Shown here piece by piece: positions 39,266 through 50,545 of a DNA stretch of 64,000 bases. This DNA is from Anaeramoeba ignava BMAN (lineage: Eukaryota; Protista; Anaeramoebae), in the NCBI GenBank assembly GCA_028826165.1, contig JAPDFW010000141.1, forward strand, positions 56,901-120,900, read 5' to 3'. The notes below the pieces were generated by a model. It saw only the letters and a list, made by a program, of their open reading frames with translations, did not search any database and was not told where the DNA came from. How positions within the stretch are numbered: position 1 is the stretch's first letter; the number at the start of each line of letters is the position of its first letter. The position numbers were made by a program, and so were the translations under genes.

Positions 39266-42200
39266 ATTTATTTTTCTTTCGTTTTTCAAAATTTTTTTGG
39301 AAAATGATCAAATGAGGAAATCTGTTTATTTTTGCAGATTCCCCCTTTATGTCTTTAAATTTCATTATAAGATTAATTGATAATTATGGTCAATATGAAA
39401 GAACTAATCAAGAACACTTCCTTGTTGAAGAACCTCGAAAAGCTGCAAAAGAGAGAAGGAGAGCGATCCGAAATGGAACTAAGATTTCAATTTCAATTTC
39501 AATTTCAAATCATTTTAAGAGAATTATTAATGGAAAAGTAGACATCTCAAATTCCTAAATCCGATGACTTTAGAGAACTTTTTGAGTAAGACAATCTTGA
39601 ACTTATTGAAGAGGAAAGCGAAGGTGTAAATTTCGACTTAAGAAAAGAAAGAGGAACAGTTAATTTAACAGATAATGAATAATTCGATCAAGAAGAGGTA
39701 ATTCATTGCAAGACACTCGACTCTGAAAATTGGCTCAAACTTCCATTATCTTGAAATTAGACAAAGAAAATAATCTCATTACTAATAAGGAGAAACTGAA
39801 ATATGTTACTGAGGAAATCAAAGGAGCAATCTTCAAAGAATTAAATGATCTTCATAAATCCAAGATAATTGAAGCTGATATCCGTGAATTCTTACTCAAA
39901 TCTACTAACTATACTTACTTGGAAAACGTATTGGGATTATAATACTCTTCCAAAAAGAAATATTCAAGAATTCCAAAATGAGATAATAAAATATATTCAA
40001 GAAAGAAGAATGATCTTTATTTACAAACAAGGAAACCCTGAAGAAATCAAAAACTACAGACCCATTTCAATTAATAACTCAACCGCTAGATTTTTCTTGA
40101 AACGAATCCTTGAGGAAATTGAGCATGTTTGGGAAAAAAATCAATTCAAAACAAATTGGATTTAGAGAAAAAACTTAGACTCAATGATATTGGTATTAGA
40201 ATTAAAGAAAAATATCAATACTTCAATCAATCCATTCGTAGTCTCAATTTACATTGAAAAATGTTTTAATATGGTAGATCACAGAATCATTAGAAAAGTA
40301 ATAAAAAAATTCATAGTAAACATTCATTTGAAAAAATTTCTAATCAATTATTACAAAGGGAATTCATGTGATATCTATAAAGGTGACCTTCTGACTCTGA
40401 TAATTTTTGCAATGGTGAGTCATTTCATTACCATGGAAATTGAACCATATGTAAAATATATCCAAATGTATGTGGATGATCTCATAATTTTAGTGGAAGA
40501 AACAAAAATATTGCATTAGAAAAAATCAAAATAAAACAATCATAAGTAAGAAACTATATAAAATTAAATATCTTGGAATTATACTAGATCCTCGAAAACA
40601 TATTCAACACAATTTTGAAAAAGCAAAAAATAACTTCACAAGATTGAAAAATATAATGAGCCTATTCATAAATAATCACCTAAAAATGAAAATATATAAA
40701 ACAGTAATTATTCCCAAAATCATTTATGGAACAGAAACATTAATATTTACACAAAAGGAATATCACCAAATTGATACATTGATTAATCCACAAATAACTC
40801 AAAATTTAAGGATAAACCGTCATACTCCTGTAAAAATATACAGAAATGAAACAAATACACCAGATTCCAGGACTCAGATAAATATCAGAAAATGGAAACT
40901 AAGGAAAAAATTGGGAGATATAGATAGGGAATATCTTCAAGAATTCTGCATAATAGACTCCAATTTACAAGAAAAAGTATATAAAATTTGGGGAAAAGAA
41001 TATCTAAAATATATCCAAAATTATCTACTAATTCAAAGATTACAAGACATGAAAGAATCAAAAAGCTGGAAAACCAAGGAGTAATTTGAAATAATAAAGG
41101 AAGAACCTAAGTTACTCAAAATGAAACCTTACCTAGAATATTCACAAAGTTCAATAATCCTCAAACTAAGATCATTCACAAACGGATTAAATCGATATAT
41201 CTAAAACATGAAAAATACTTCCAAAATATATCCATATTGTCAAAAAGAAGAAGAAAATCTCAATCACTTTTTATGGGTTTTTGAAGAATATACAATAATA
41301 AGAGAGGAATGAATTGAAAAAATAAAACCAATAAAGAATATAAATACATTGCTGAGAAAAATTGGAATCAAATGAATCTATGAAAAAACATTCAAGTATA
41401 TTAAAGAATATTTACAAATCTGATCCCAATTTACAAGAGAAAATGAGAATGTAAATCAAAATGAAAATGAAAATGAAAATGAAAATCAAAATGAAAATCA
41501 AAATCAAAATCAAAATGAAAATGAAAATGAAATTGAAATTGAAATTGAAAATCAAAATCAAAATCAAAATGAAAATCAAAATGAAATGAAATTGAAATTA
41601 AAATCAAAATGAAAATCAAAATGAAATGAAAGTGAAAATCAAATTGAAAATCAAAATCAAAATCAAAATCAAAATCAAAATCAAAATCAAAATCAAAATC
41701 AAAATCAAAATCAAAATCAAAATGAAAATCAAAATCAAAATGAAAATCAAATTGAAAATGAAAATCAAAATCAAAATCAAAATGAAAATCAAAATCAAAA
41801 ATCAAAATGAAAATCGAAATGAAAATCAAAATCAAATTGAAAAAATCAAAATGAAAATCAAAATGAAAATGAAAATGAAAATGAAAATGAAAATGAAAAT
41901 CAAAAAAAATCAAAATCAAAATCAAAATCAAAATCAAAATGAAAATGAAAATGAAAATCAAAAATCAAAATCAAATGAAAATCAAAATCAAAAATCAAAA
42001 TCAAAATCAATTGAAATGAAAATGAATGAAATGAAAATCAAAATCAAAATCAAAATCAAAATGAAAATCAAAATGAAAATCAAAATCAAAATCAAAATGA
42101 AAATCAAAATCAAAATCAAATGAAAATGAAAATCAAAATGAAAATCAAAATGAAAATCAAAATGAAAATCAAAATCAAAATCAAAATCAAAATCAAAATC

Positions 42201-42877
42201 AAAATGAAAATCAAAATCAAAATCAAAATCAAAATGAAAATCAATATCAAAATCAAAATCAAAATCAAAATGCAAAATCAAAATGAAAATGAAAATCAAA
42301 ATCAAAATCAAAATCAAAATAAAATTGAAAATGAAAATCAATATCAAAATCAAAATCAAAATCAAAATGAATATCAAAATTGAAAATCAAAATGAATATA
42401 AAATTGAAGATTATGATAATAAAGAATATCAATATGAGAGAAAAAGTGAATGGAAAATTGACAAATAAATAAAAAAACAAAAATAAAGATAATCAAATAA
42501 ACTTTCTAAGAGATAAAAGCAAAAAAAAAGTTCAAGAGAGATTATGAAGTGAATCTAAAAATGAACCTAAGAAAAAAGATAAAACTCAATTCTCAACTCT
42601 ATTCATATTATAATTTAGATTCTGAATCAGACTGTAGAGATGATAATGATTACACATCAGATTCAGAATACAACCCAGAATCAGTATCAGAAAAGGAAGA
42701 GTCATATAGTGAATCTGAAGAAGACATGAATAACGGCTGAGTGTGATGGGTAAACAATCTTCAATATCTAAATATAATCTTTTGAAATTTTTTCTTATAT
42801 TTGATTTTTATTTTATTAATTTACCAGCAATAGCTGGAGGATTTCTCTGGAGAAATCTCTTCAAATAAAAATAAAAT
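39266..42877 (+). mobile_element. Non-LTR retrotransposon copy B (related subfamily, degenerate), nested in copy A in the opposite orientation
   Basis: NYRPISINN, IEKCF, YVDD, KYLG and IIYGTE motifs. A-rich 3' tail. 15-bp TSD AATTCATAATATTTT at 39251-39265 and 42878-42892. Confidence 0.9.
41440..42400. repeat. (AAAATC/AAAATG)n expansion inside the 3' coding tail of LINE copy B
   Basis: Visible mixed hexamer array. Confidence 0.9.
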
Positions 42878-44149
42878 AATTCATAATATTTTGGATTTTC
42901 TCTTTCAATATCAAGATTTTGATACATTTCGATCTTATCATATTCACAAGTTGAACTATTTCTTGAGTTTTGAATTGTTTTTATTAATTTATCATGAGGA
43001 AATATTTGTTTGATTGATCTTATATCAGGTTCTATATTTATTATTTTATTTTCTATTTCTTGGAGTATTGATTCTTGAACTGGGATTTTAATTTTGTCTA
43101 TAAGTTGTTTAAATTCTTTTTCTTTTTCATTATTATTAAATATAATATCTTTTCTAGCTTTTGTTATTCTTTTCACTTCTGTCCAATAATTTGTTCTACT
43201 TTGATTATCTATTTCTATTCCTCTCATGGTTTCTCTCCACCTTTTCCTCAGAGCTTGTTTCCAATCATATTTACTTTTTGAGTCAAATTCTGTTAAATTA
43301 ATTCCAATCTCAGTTTTTGTATTTATATGAATGATACTTCTTTTCTTAAATTTTTCTTTTATATTTTTAATTGTTGAAATATTGAGAATTGATTTCTCAG
43401 ATGAATTTTGTTTTCTTAATTCTTCCATTATCATATCTTGGAATTGTTGTTTTGTTGATTGATAATATTCTTTTCTCTCTTCATTCAATATATTGATTTT
43501 CTGAATTGTAACTATCATTTTATGATCTTAGAGATTCTCTTCTTGATTAATATTTACTGTTTATGATAAAATTTCTCTATTTTGATTTTTGGCGCAGAAA
43601 TTATCAATATTTCTTATTACACTGTTCTCAGTATTAGGTATGATTTGAGTATTAAATCTGAAATGTTTTTCCATTTCTTTGTCTGTTTGATTAAAATCTC
43701 CTAATTTTTCAATGATACTATTTAATTGACTCATCATTTGAGATTGTGTTTCATGTCTCATATAGACTCCAATAATATTTAATTCTCCTATTTTAATTTG
43801 TATAATATCTTTATCTGGATGTTTTATTTCTTGAACATATTTTGATATACATTTTTTGATGATTATTGCTATTCCTCCTTGTGCTATTGTTCCATATCCT
43901 TGTTTCTCAAATGAATGATAATTTTCAAAATATATTCTTTTTCTCAAGTGTGTTTCTTGTATAATATAAATTGTTATTCTTTGTTGGAGGAATATTTTTT
44001 CTAATTTTTGGATCTTTCCTATTTTATTTAATCCATTGATATTGATAGGTGGATATATCTATGAAATTTTTTCTGAAGTTTTTTTTCATCAATAAACAAG
44101 CAAAAAAAAAACAAATCTAAATCATTTTTTTTCTTTTTGAAATTTTAAA

Positions 44150-44860
44150 GTGAGTAAAAGAGAGCAATCATATTGTGTTTGTGGTCATTGGTTTAAGGAT
44201 TATTGGAAGGTACGGGATAAAATATTAATTCCACTTGATTTTGAAAAATATGAATCGCCATTTATATTTCCAGGATGCTACAGAACCAATTATAGAATCG
44301 TAAGTATTATATGGAAAAAATCAGGAAAAGTGAAACAAAATCTAATCAAATGGAAAAAGAAGCAGTAAATAGATTTGGAGAAAAATGGAAAGATAAATTA
44401 TAATTAGACATGTTAATTCATGACAATTATAAAAATATCCAGGTATATTAGCCCAAAGTCTAAGAACAATTAGATGTTTCCTATTATGAAAAGAATATTC
44501 AACAACAAATGGAAAAAGCAGGGAAACAAATTTCATCATCAACTGGAAGGAGACAAACTATTGGGGTATTTACCCAGAGGAATGAAAAGAGTTTGAAAGG
44601 TATATAGAAAATATCTTAAATGATTCTTAGAAAATAATTAGTGAGTATAATTCTAATATTTATCAATTCTTTGTTAGTATCAAAAATAACCACATTCCAA
44701 AACAAATAAATTCTCCTCCCAATCCAAACTTTGCGTCAATATTATAGTACTGGGTCAGGAATTTCCTATTTGGAGAGAATTATGAATGGACAATATGAAT
44801 GAAGAATTCCTCAAGTTTTTTATAATATACCAAAGAGAAAAGATCAAAAGAAACAACATA
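44150..44860 (+). pseudogene. Broken coding-like segment of unknown identity
   Basis: ORF 44150..44368 (CVCGHWFKDYW...) continues in stop-interrupted frames; composition looks coding. Confidence 0.3.
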
Positions 44861-45039
44861 AAAAAATTCTTAAAAATTACAAAAAAACAAAAATCTTATT
44901 AAATGAAAAAAAAAATTAAATAAAAAAATTAAATAAAAGATGGTTTTTTCATTTTCCTTGAGATTTAATTATTTGGATTTGAATAAAAAAAAATTGAATT
45001 AATTCAAATCGAAATCGTAATCATTGAATTAAAAAAAAT

Positions 45040-45365
45040 TAGAAATGAAAATGAAAGTGAAAATGAAAGTGAAAGTGAAAATGAAAGTGAAAATGAAAGT
45101 GAAAGTGAAAATGAAAGTGAAAATCAAAATCAAAATCAAAATCAAATGAGAGTAAAAGTGAAAGTAAAAGTGAAAATGAAAGTAAAAGTAAAAGTAAAAG
45201 TGAAAGTAAAAGTGAAAGTAAAAGTGAAAGTAAAAGTAAAAGTAAAAGTAAAAGTGAAAGTGAAAGTAAAAGTGAAAGTGAAAGTGAAAGTAAAAGTGAA
45301 AGTAAAAGTGAAAATGAAAGTGAAAGTAAAAGTGAAAGTGAAAATCAAAATCAAAATCAAAATCA
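45040..45365. repeat. (AAAGTG/AAAGTA)n microsatellite just 3' of the transposase
   Basis: Visible hexamer array. Confidence 0.9.
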
Positions 45366-45394
45366 AATGAGAAGTCAAAATAATTGGATAAAAA

Positions 45395-48300
45395 TTAATT
45401 ATCTCCTTTATCCATCCCTTTATTGGGGCATTTTCTGGCATCATGAGTAGTGGAACCGCAAATTGAACATCTTCTAGGTTTTCTTTTTTTCATTCTTTTG
45501 AGATCTTCTTTTTGTTCTTCTGAAACTTTTTCAGGAGTACTTGCTCTTTTTTTCTGTTTTTTAGGTTTTTCTTCTGTTTTTTTTGAATTTTTTTTTTGTT
45601 GATATCGTTGATACTGTTGCTTTTGTTTCTTTTGTTTCTTTTGTTGACTTTGTTGACTTTGTTGACTTTGTTGACTTTGTTGGCTTTGTTGACTTTGTTG
45701 GCTTTGTTGGCTTTGTTGAATTTGTTGACTTTGTTGGCTTTGTTGACTTTGTTGAATTTGTTGGCTTTGTTGGCTTTGTTGAATTTGTTGAATTTGTTGG
45801 CTTTGTTGAATTTGTTGACTTTGTTGAATTTGTTGATTTTGTTGACTTTGTTGAATTTGTTGACTTTGTTGGCTTTGTTGAATTTGTTGATTTTGTTGAC
45901 TTTGTTGACTTTGTTGGCTTTGTTGATTTTGTTGCTTTTGTTGGCTTTGTTGAGTTTGTTGTTTGGCTTGTGGATCATTACTTGTATTAGGGTTAATTTC
46001 CTGTTGATTAGAAGGAATAGATGTTTCAATATTAGGTGGTTTTCCCTTTTGACTAGAATTAACTGGATAATGATATTGATTTGTATTATCAATAAGGTTG
46101 ATATTCTGATTCAAAAAATGATTTTTGTTATCATTAGTTCTATCAATTACATCATTCGTGCGATCTTTTTCATTATGACTATATGAGTAAACCTCAAATG
46201 ATTCCATTTCAATTTTGTTTTCATTGTTTTCATTTGTGTTTTCATTGTTTTCATTTGTGTTTTCATTGTTTTCATTTGTGTTTTCATTTGTGTTTTCATT
46301 TGTGTTTTCATTTGTGTTTTCATTTAAAAAATCGTTTTGGTTATAAATTTCGATTGATTCGTTGCTACTTTCTGTCTTCTTATCTCGTCTTGTATTGAAT
46401 GAGTGCTCGTTTGAAAATTCTATCTGTGGAGTTATTTTTTCTTCTAATACACCTAAAGGCCGTTGCTTGACTTGACATGTTTGCGTATTGTGGTCATATA
46501 AGATACCTTGAAGAGGTTTGATAATATCCAGTTTGAAACAAGTTAGCTCAGACACCAAATTAATATAATTTTGCGCTTTAGTATTGGCTAACGAATTTAA
46601 AAATTCAATAAGTGTTTTTAGTTCTAGAATGGACTCATTATACTGTTTCTTCATACGTGAAATGACCCCAAAATGTGAGTCGCAAATACTTTTTCCATGA
46701 TAACGGGTAAAGTATTTGATATTGATATCATAGTTTTCCCCAAATAATCGAAGGATTAATGCCACAACGGGATTATTCTTTATATGTCTCCCATTGTCGG
46801 ACCAGAATGAGATTGTTGTCACTTGAGGAGGAATCTCAATTAATTTCTTTAATTGAAGAAGGCAATTAATTGGATAAAACAAGTTTTGATCGCTATTCTC
46901 AATTACAAAATCATAATATCTTATGGTTGTCTTATGAAAGATTGTGGAAAAATTGAGTAAATTCCATTGTTTATATTTGAAATATTCTTTTTTCATTTCT
47001 GTTTTATGATAGCTTCTAATTTTGGAGGCGAAATCCATCACAACCACAAGTGTATAAGGATTGTCAATATCTGCATCATAATCATTTTTAATTTCATGTA
47101 TTAGTTCATCATGTTCTCTCTGATTAATAGGTTTCCCCTTCTGTTCAGCATTCCAACAAATGGGGCACTGACAATAACATTGTGTAGAAGATCTGATTAC
47201 AAAGTGCTTGTTTAAAATTTTATCAAAATTTTTGTATGAAATGTTTGTCTCATAGAAATATTTGAACCTCTCCCACAATTGAAGAATTGATAATTCTGTT
47301 GAAAATGTTCTTTTCTTTTTTGCTCTCGTATTTTCTGTGGTATAAGCCTTCAACAGTTCTGTGATTTCTTTTACAAGTGCAATATATATTGTATTTTTTG
47401 TAACTATTTTGTTCACTCTTTTTACTTGATTTTGTTTGCGTAATTTTTTTTCTTTCTTTTTTTTCTTGTTATTTTGATGCAACTCTGTCTGAATATGTTT
47501 TGTCAATTTAGATTTGGATCGGATTGTCAGAAATTTGTTACACTTCGTACACAAGATTTGGTCGTCAACAATTTTGAAACTTTTTTTTTGTGAAATTATT
47601 TGCTTTAAGGTCGATGATATATTTGCATTTCCATAATATCGTATGCATTCCATTTTTATAAAATTTTCTTCTTTTTTTACTTTATTTTCTTTAACAAAAC
47701 ATAGGAATTGATTGTAACAAAATTCTGAATCTATTTTTACTTTTTTATTATTAATAAAATAATAAGCTATAAGTTTTTTTTCTTTTCCAAAAACTTGTTT
47801 AAGATTTTGCTCAAATTCTTGGAATTTATGTGGTATTTTAAATGCTGAAAAATCATCTTGAAAGGAAATGCCCACTTCTAAAGATATAGGATCTGCTCTG
47901 TTTTGAGATGGATTTATTAATAAATTTTGAAATAAATTTAGTAATAAATTTTGAAATAGTTGTTCGTTTTGATTTTGATTTTGAATTTGAATTTGATTTT
48001 GATTTTGATTTTGATTTTGATTTTGATTTTGATTTTGATTTTGATTTTGATTTTGATTTTGATTTTGATTTTGATTTTGATTTTGATTTTGATTTTGATT
48101 TTGATTTTGATTTTGATTTTTATTTTGATTTTGAATTTGAATTTGATTTTGATTTTGATTTTGAAATTTAAATGGAAATTCGAGTTCATTGTGATTTTCT
48201 TTTTCACTTTCAAATGAATTTGGAAAGAGAAGTGGAGGCTCATTTTGGAATTTAAATGATTCCAATTGATTTTGATTGTCATTTTCACTTTCATCTTCAC

Positions 48301-48901
48301 TTTCATCCCTGAATAAATCTACTGATCGAGATTTATTTTCAATTTCATTTTCATTTTCATTTTCATTTTCATTTTCAAAAAAATCTGGAAATGAATTTTT
48401 CAATGGAAAATTGCTACGCACCAAATTTTGATTTTGACTTGGAATTCGACTTAGACGCGGGCTTGAAGTTTGAATTTGAATTGTACTTGGGGTTTGGATT
48501 TGAATTGGACTTGGACTTTGAAATGAACTTTGAAATGGACTTTGAAATGAACTTTGAAATGGATTTTGAAATGAACTTTGAAATGGACTTTGAAATGGAC
48601 TTTGAAATGGATTTTGATTTAAATTTTGATTTTGATTGAGATTTTGAAATGAATTTTGTAAGAGATCTTGAAATGATTTTTGTATCCAATTTTGGAATTG
48701 ATTCATAACTTGATTTTGATTTTGATTTTGATTTTGATTTTGATTTTGATTTTGATTTTGATTTTGATTTTGATTTTGATTTTGATTTTGATTTTGATTT
48801 TGATTTTGATTTTGATTTGAATTGTGAAATGGATTATGAAATGGATTGTGAAATGGATTTTGATTTAGTTTGTGGTGATAATTTTTGTCGTTTTGATTCA
48901 T
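45395..48901 (-). CDS. Sola-like DDD transposase, intact 1168 aa
   Basis: Candidate catalytic motifs VVMDFAS (~47035), FWSDNGRHIKN (~46800) and YHGKSICDSHFG (~46680). Upstream CYCQCPIC..H motif, C2H2 finger CTKC..KHIQTELH, C-terminal RRCSICGSTTHDARKCP knuckle, and N/Q-rich tracts. Confidence 0.8.
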   Translation of the reverse strand: MNQNDKNYHHKLNQNPFHNPFHNPFHNSNQNQNQNQNQNQNQNQNQNQNQNQNQNQNQNQNQNQVMNQFQNWIQKSFQDLLQNSFQNLNQNQNLNQNPFQSPFQSPFQSSFQNPFQSSFQSPFQSSFQSPSPIQIQTPSTIQIQTSSPRLSRIPSQNQNLVRSNFPLKNSFPDFFENENENENENEIENKSRSVDLFRDESEDESENDNQNQLESFKFQNEPPLLFPNSFESEKENHNELEFPFKFQNQNQNQIQIQNQNKNQNQNQNQNQNQNQNQNQNQNQNQNQNQNQNQNQNQNQNQNQIQIQNQNQNEQLFQNLLLNLFQNLLINPSQNRADPISLEVGISFQDDFSAFKIPHKFQEFEQNLKQVFGKEKKLIAYYFINNKKVKIDSEFCYNQFLCFVKENKVKKEENFIKMECIRYYGNANISSTLKQIISQKKSFKIVDDQILCTKCNKFLTIRSKSKLTKHIQTELHQNNKKKKKEKKLRKQNQVKRVNKIVTKNTIYIALVKEITELLKAYTTENTRAKKKRTFSTELSILQLWERFKYFYETNISYKNFDKILNKHFVIRSSTQCYCQCPICWNAEQKGKPINQREHDELIHEIKNDYDADIDNPYTLVVVMDFASKIRSYHKTEMKKEYFKYKQWNLLNFSTIFHKTTIRYYDFVIENSDQNLFYPINCLLQLKKLIEIPPQVTTISFWSDNGRHIKNNPVVALILRLFGENYDINIKYFTRYHGKSICDSHFGVISRMKKQYNESILELKTLIEFLNSLANTKAQNYINLVSELTCFKLDIIKPLQGILYDHNTQTCQVKQRPLGVLEEKITPQIEFSNEHSFNTRRDKKTESSNESIEIYNQNDFLNENTNENTNENTNENTNENNENTNENNENTNENNENKIEMESFEVYSYSHNEKDRTNDVIDRTNDNKNHFLNQNINLIDNTNQYHYPVNSSQKGKPPNIETSIPSNQQEINPNTSNDPQAKQQTQQSQQKQQNQQSQQSQQSQQNQQIQQSQQSQQIQQSQQNQQIQQSQQIQQSQQIQQIQQSQQSQQIQQSQQSQQSQQIQQSQQSQQSQQSQQSQQSQQSQQSQQKKQKKQKQQYQRYQQKKNSKKTEEKPKKQKKRASTPEKVSEEQKEDLKRMKKRKPRRCSICGSTTHDARKCPNKGMDKGDN

Positions 48902-49364
48902 TTGTGAAGAAATTAAAAAAAAATTTTTAAAATTTAAAATTAAAAAAAAATGAAAAATGAAAAAGAATTTATTTTTGCTTTTGTTTTGCTTTTTGATTCA
49001 TGTTAAAAATTTTTTTTTTTTAAAAAAATACTCCAATAACTTGTTTTAAATTGCTTCCTTTGAGTAGGGATTAACTTTAATGTTTTTGATCTCTTTGGAA
49101 TATTTTTTTTATTTTTTTTTTTCATTTTTTTTTTCATTTTTCATTTTTTTTTTCATTTTTCTTTTAGAGAGAACAAGAAGAAATAAAAACAATATCTCCA
49201 TAAGTATTAATGAGTTCTTGTGATTGTCTGTTGATATTTTGAATTAATTTCCATTTTCATATATTTTCGCTCGATTATGAAAAGATTTTTTTTCCTTCCT
49301 TGGATGTTTTGTGCTTTTGGATTGATTTCAAAAAGTATCATTTAAGATTCCAACAATAACAATG

Positions 49365-50545
49365 AAATAAAATTGGAATAAAATTAAAATTGAAATGAAA
49401 TAAAATTAAAATAAAATTGAAATAAAATAAAATTGAAATAAAATTAAAATAAAATTGAAATAAAATTGAAATAAAATTGAAATAAAATTAAAATAAAATT
49501 AAAATAAAATTAAAATTGAAATAAAATTAAAATAAAATTGAAATAAAATTGAAATTAAAAAAAATTAAAATAAAATTGAAATAAAATTAAAATAAAATTA
49601 AATTAAAATTAAAATAAAATTAAATTAAAATAAAATTAAAATAAAAATAAAATTAAAATTAAAATAAAAATAAAATAAAATAAAAAAATAAAATTGAAAT
49701 AAAATTAAAATAAAATTAAAATAAAATTGAAATAAAATTGGAATTAAATTGAAATAAAATTGAAATAGAATTAAAATAAAATTGGAATTAAAATTGGAAT
49801 TAAATTGGAATTAAAATTGAATTAAAAAATTAAAATTGGAAAATTGAAATGGAATTAAATTGAATTAAATGAAATTAAATTAATTAAAATGGAAAAATTA
49901 AAATAAAATAAAATAAAATAAAATTAAAATTGAAAAATTAAAAAAAATAAAATAAAATTGAAATAAAAATTGAAATAAAAATTAAAAAATTAAAAAATTG
50001 AAATAAAATTAAAAAATAAAATTGAAATAAAATTAAAATTAAAATAAAATAAAAAATAAAATTAAAAAAAAAATTAAAAATAAAATTGAAATTAAATTGA
50101 ATTAAATTGGAATTAAATTGGAATTAAATTGAATTGGAATTGAAATAAAATAAAATTAAATTGAAATAAAATTGAAATAAAATTGAAAAAATAAAAAAAA
50201 AATTGAAATAAAATTGAAATTAAAATAAAATTAAATTGAAATAAAATTAAATTGGAATTAAATTGAAATAAAATTGAAATAAAATTGGAAATAAAATTGG
50301 AATTAAATTGGAATTGGAATTAAATTGAATTGGAATTAAATTTAAAATTGAAATAAATTGAAATAAAATTGGAATTAAATTGAAATAAAATTAAAATAAA
50401 ATTGAAATAAAATTGGAATTAAATTGGAATTAAATTGGAATTAAATTGGAATTAAATTGGAATTAAATTGGAATTAAATTGGAATTGGAATTGAAATTAA
50501 ATTGGAATTAAATTGGAATTAAATTGGAATTAAATTGGAATGAAA
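49365..50545. repeat. Subterminal arrays (GAAATAAAATT)n and (GGAATTAAATT)n within the Sola-like element
   Basis: Visible arrays; the inverted counterpart lies at 60120-61925. Confidence 0.9.

Larger units (their letters stand above)
37165..44060 (-). mobile_element. Non-LTR retrotransposon copy A (APE endonuclease, RT, CCHC); 5'-truncated, frameshifted, interrupted by copy B
   Basis: APE motifs NINGL, IQETH, GGIAI, IGVY, GDFN, IDN (44050-43561). RT motifs NYRPISI, QMGFR, IDIQKCFD, GIYQGDPLSP, YADD, KYLG (39231-38550). CPCCGEEEETLDHFLWKC finger (37533..38489). Confidence 0.9.

Noticed and set aside
45490-46398. Overlapping ORFs in the Q-rich part of the transposase
   Set aside because: Products of 9-nt and 12-nt coding repeats.
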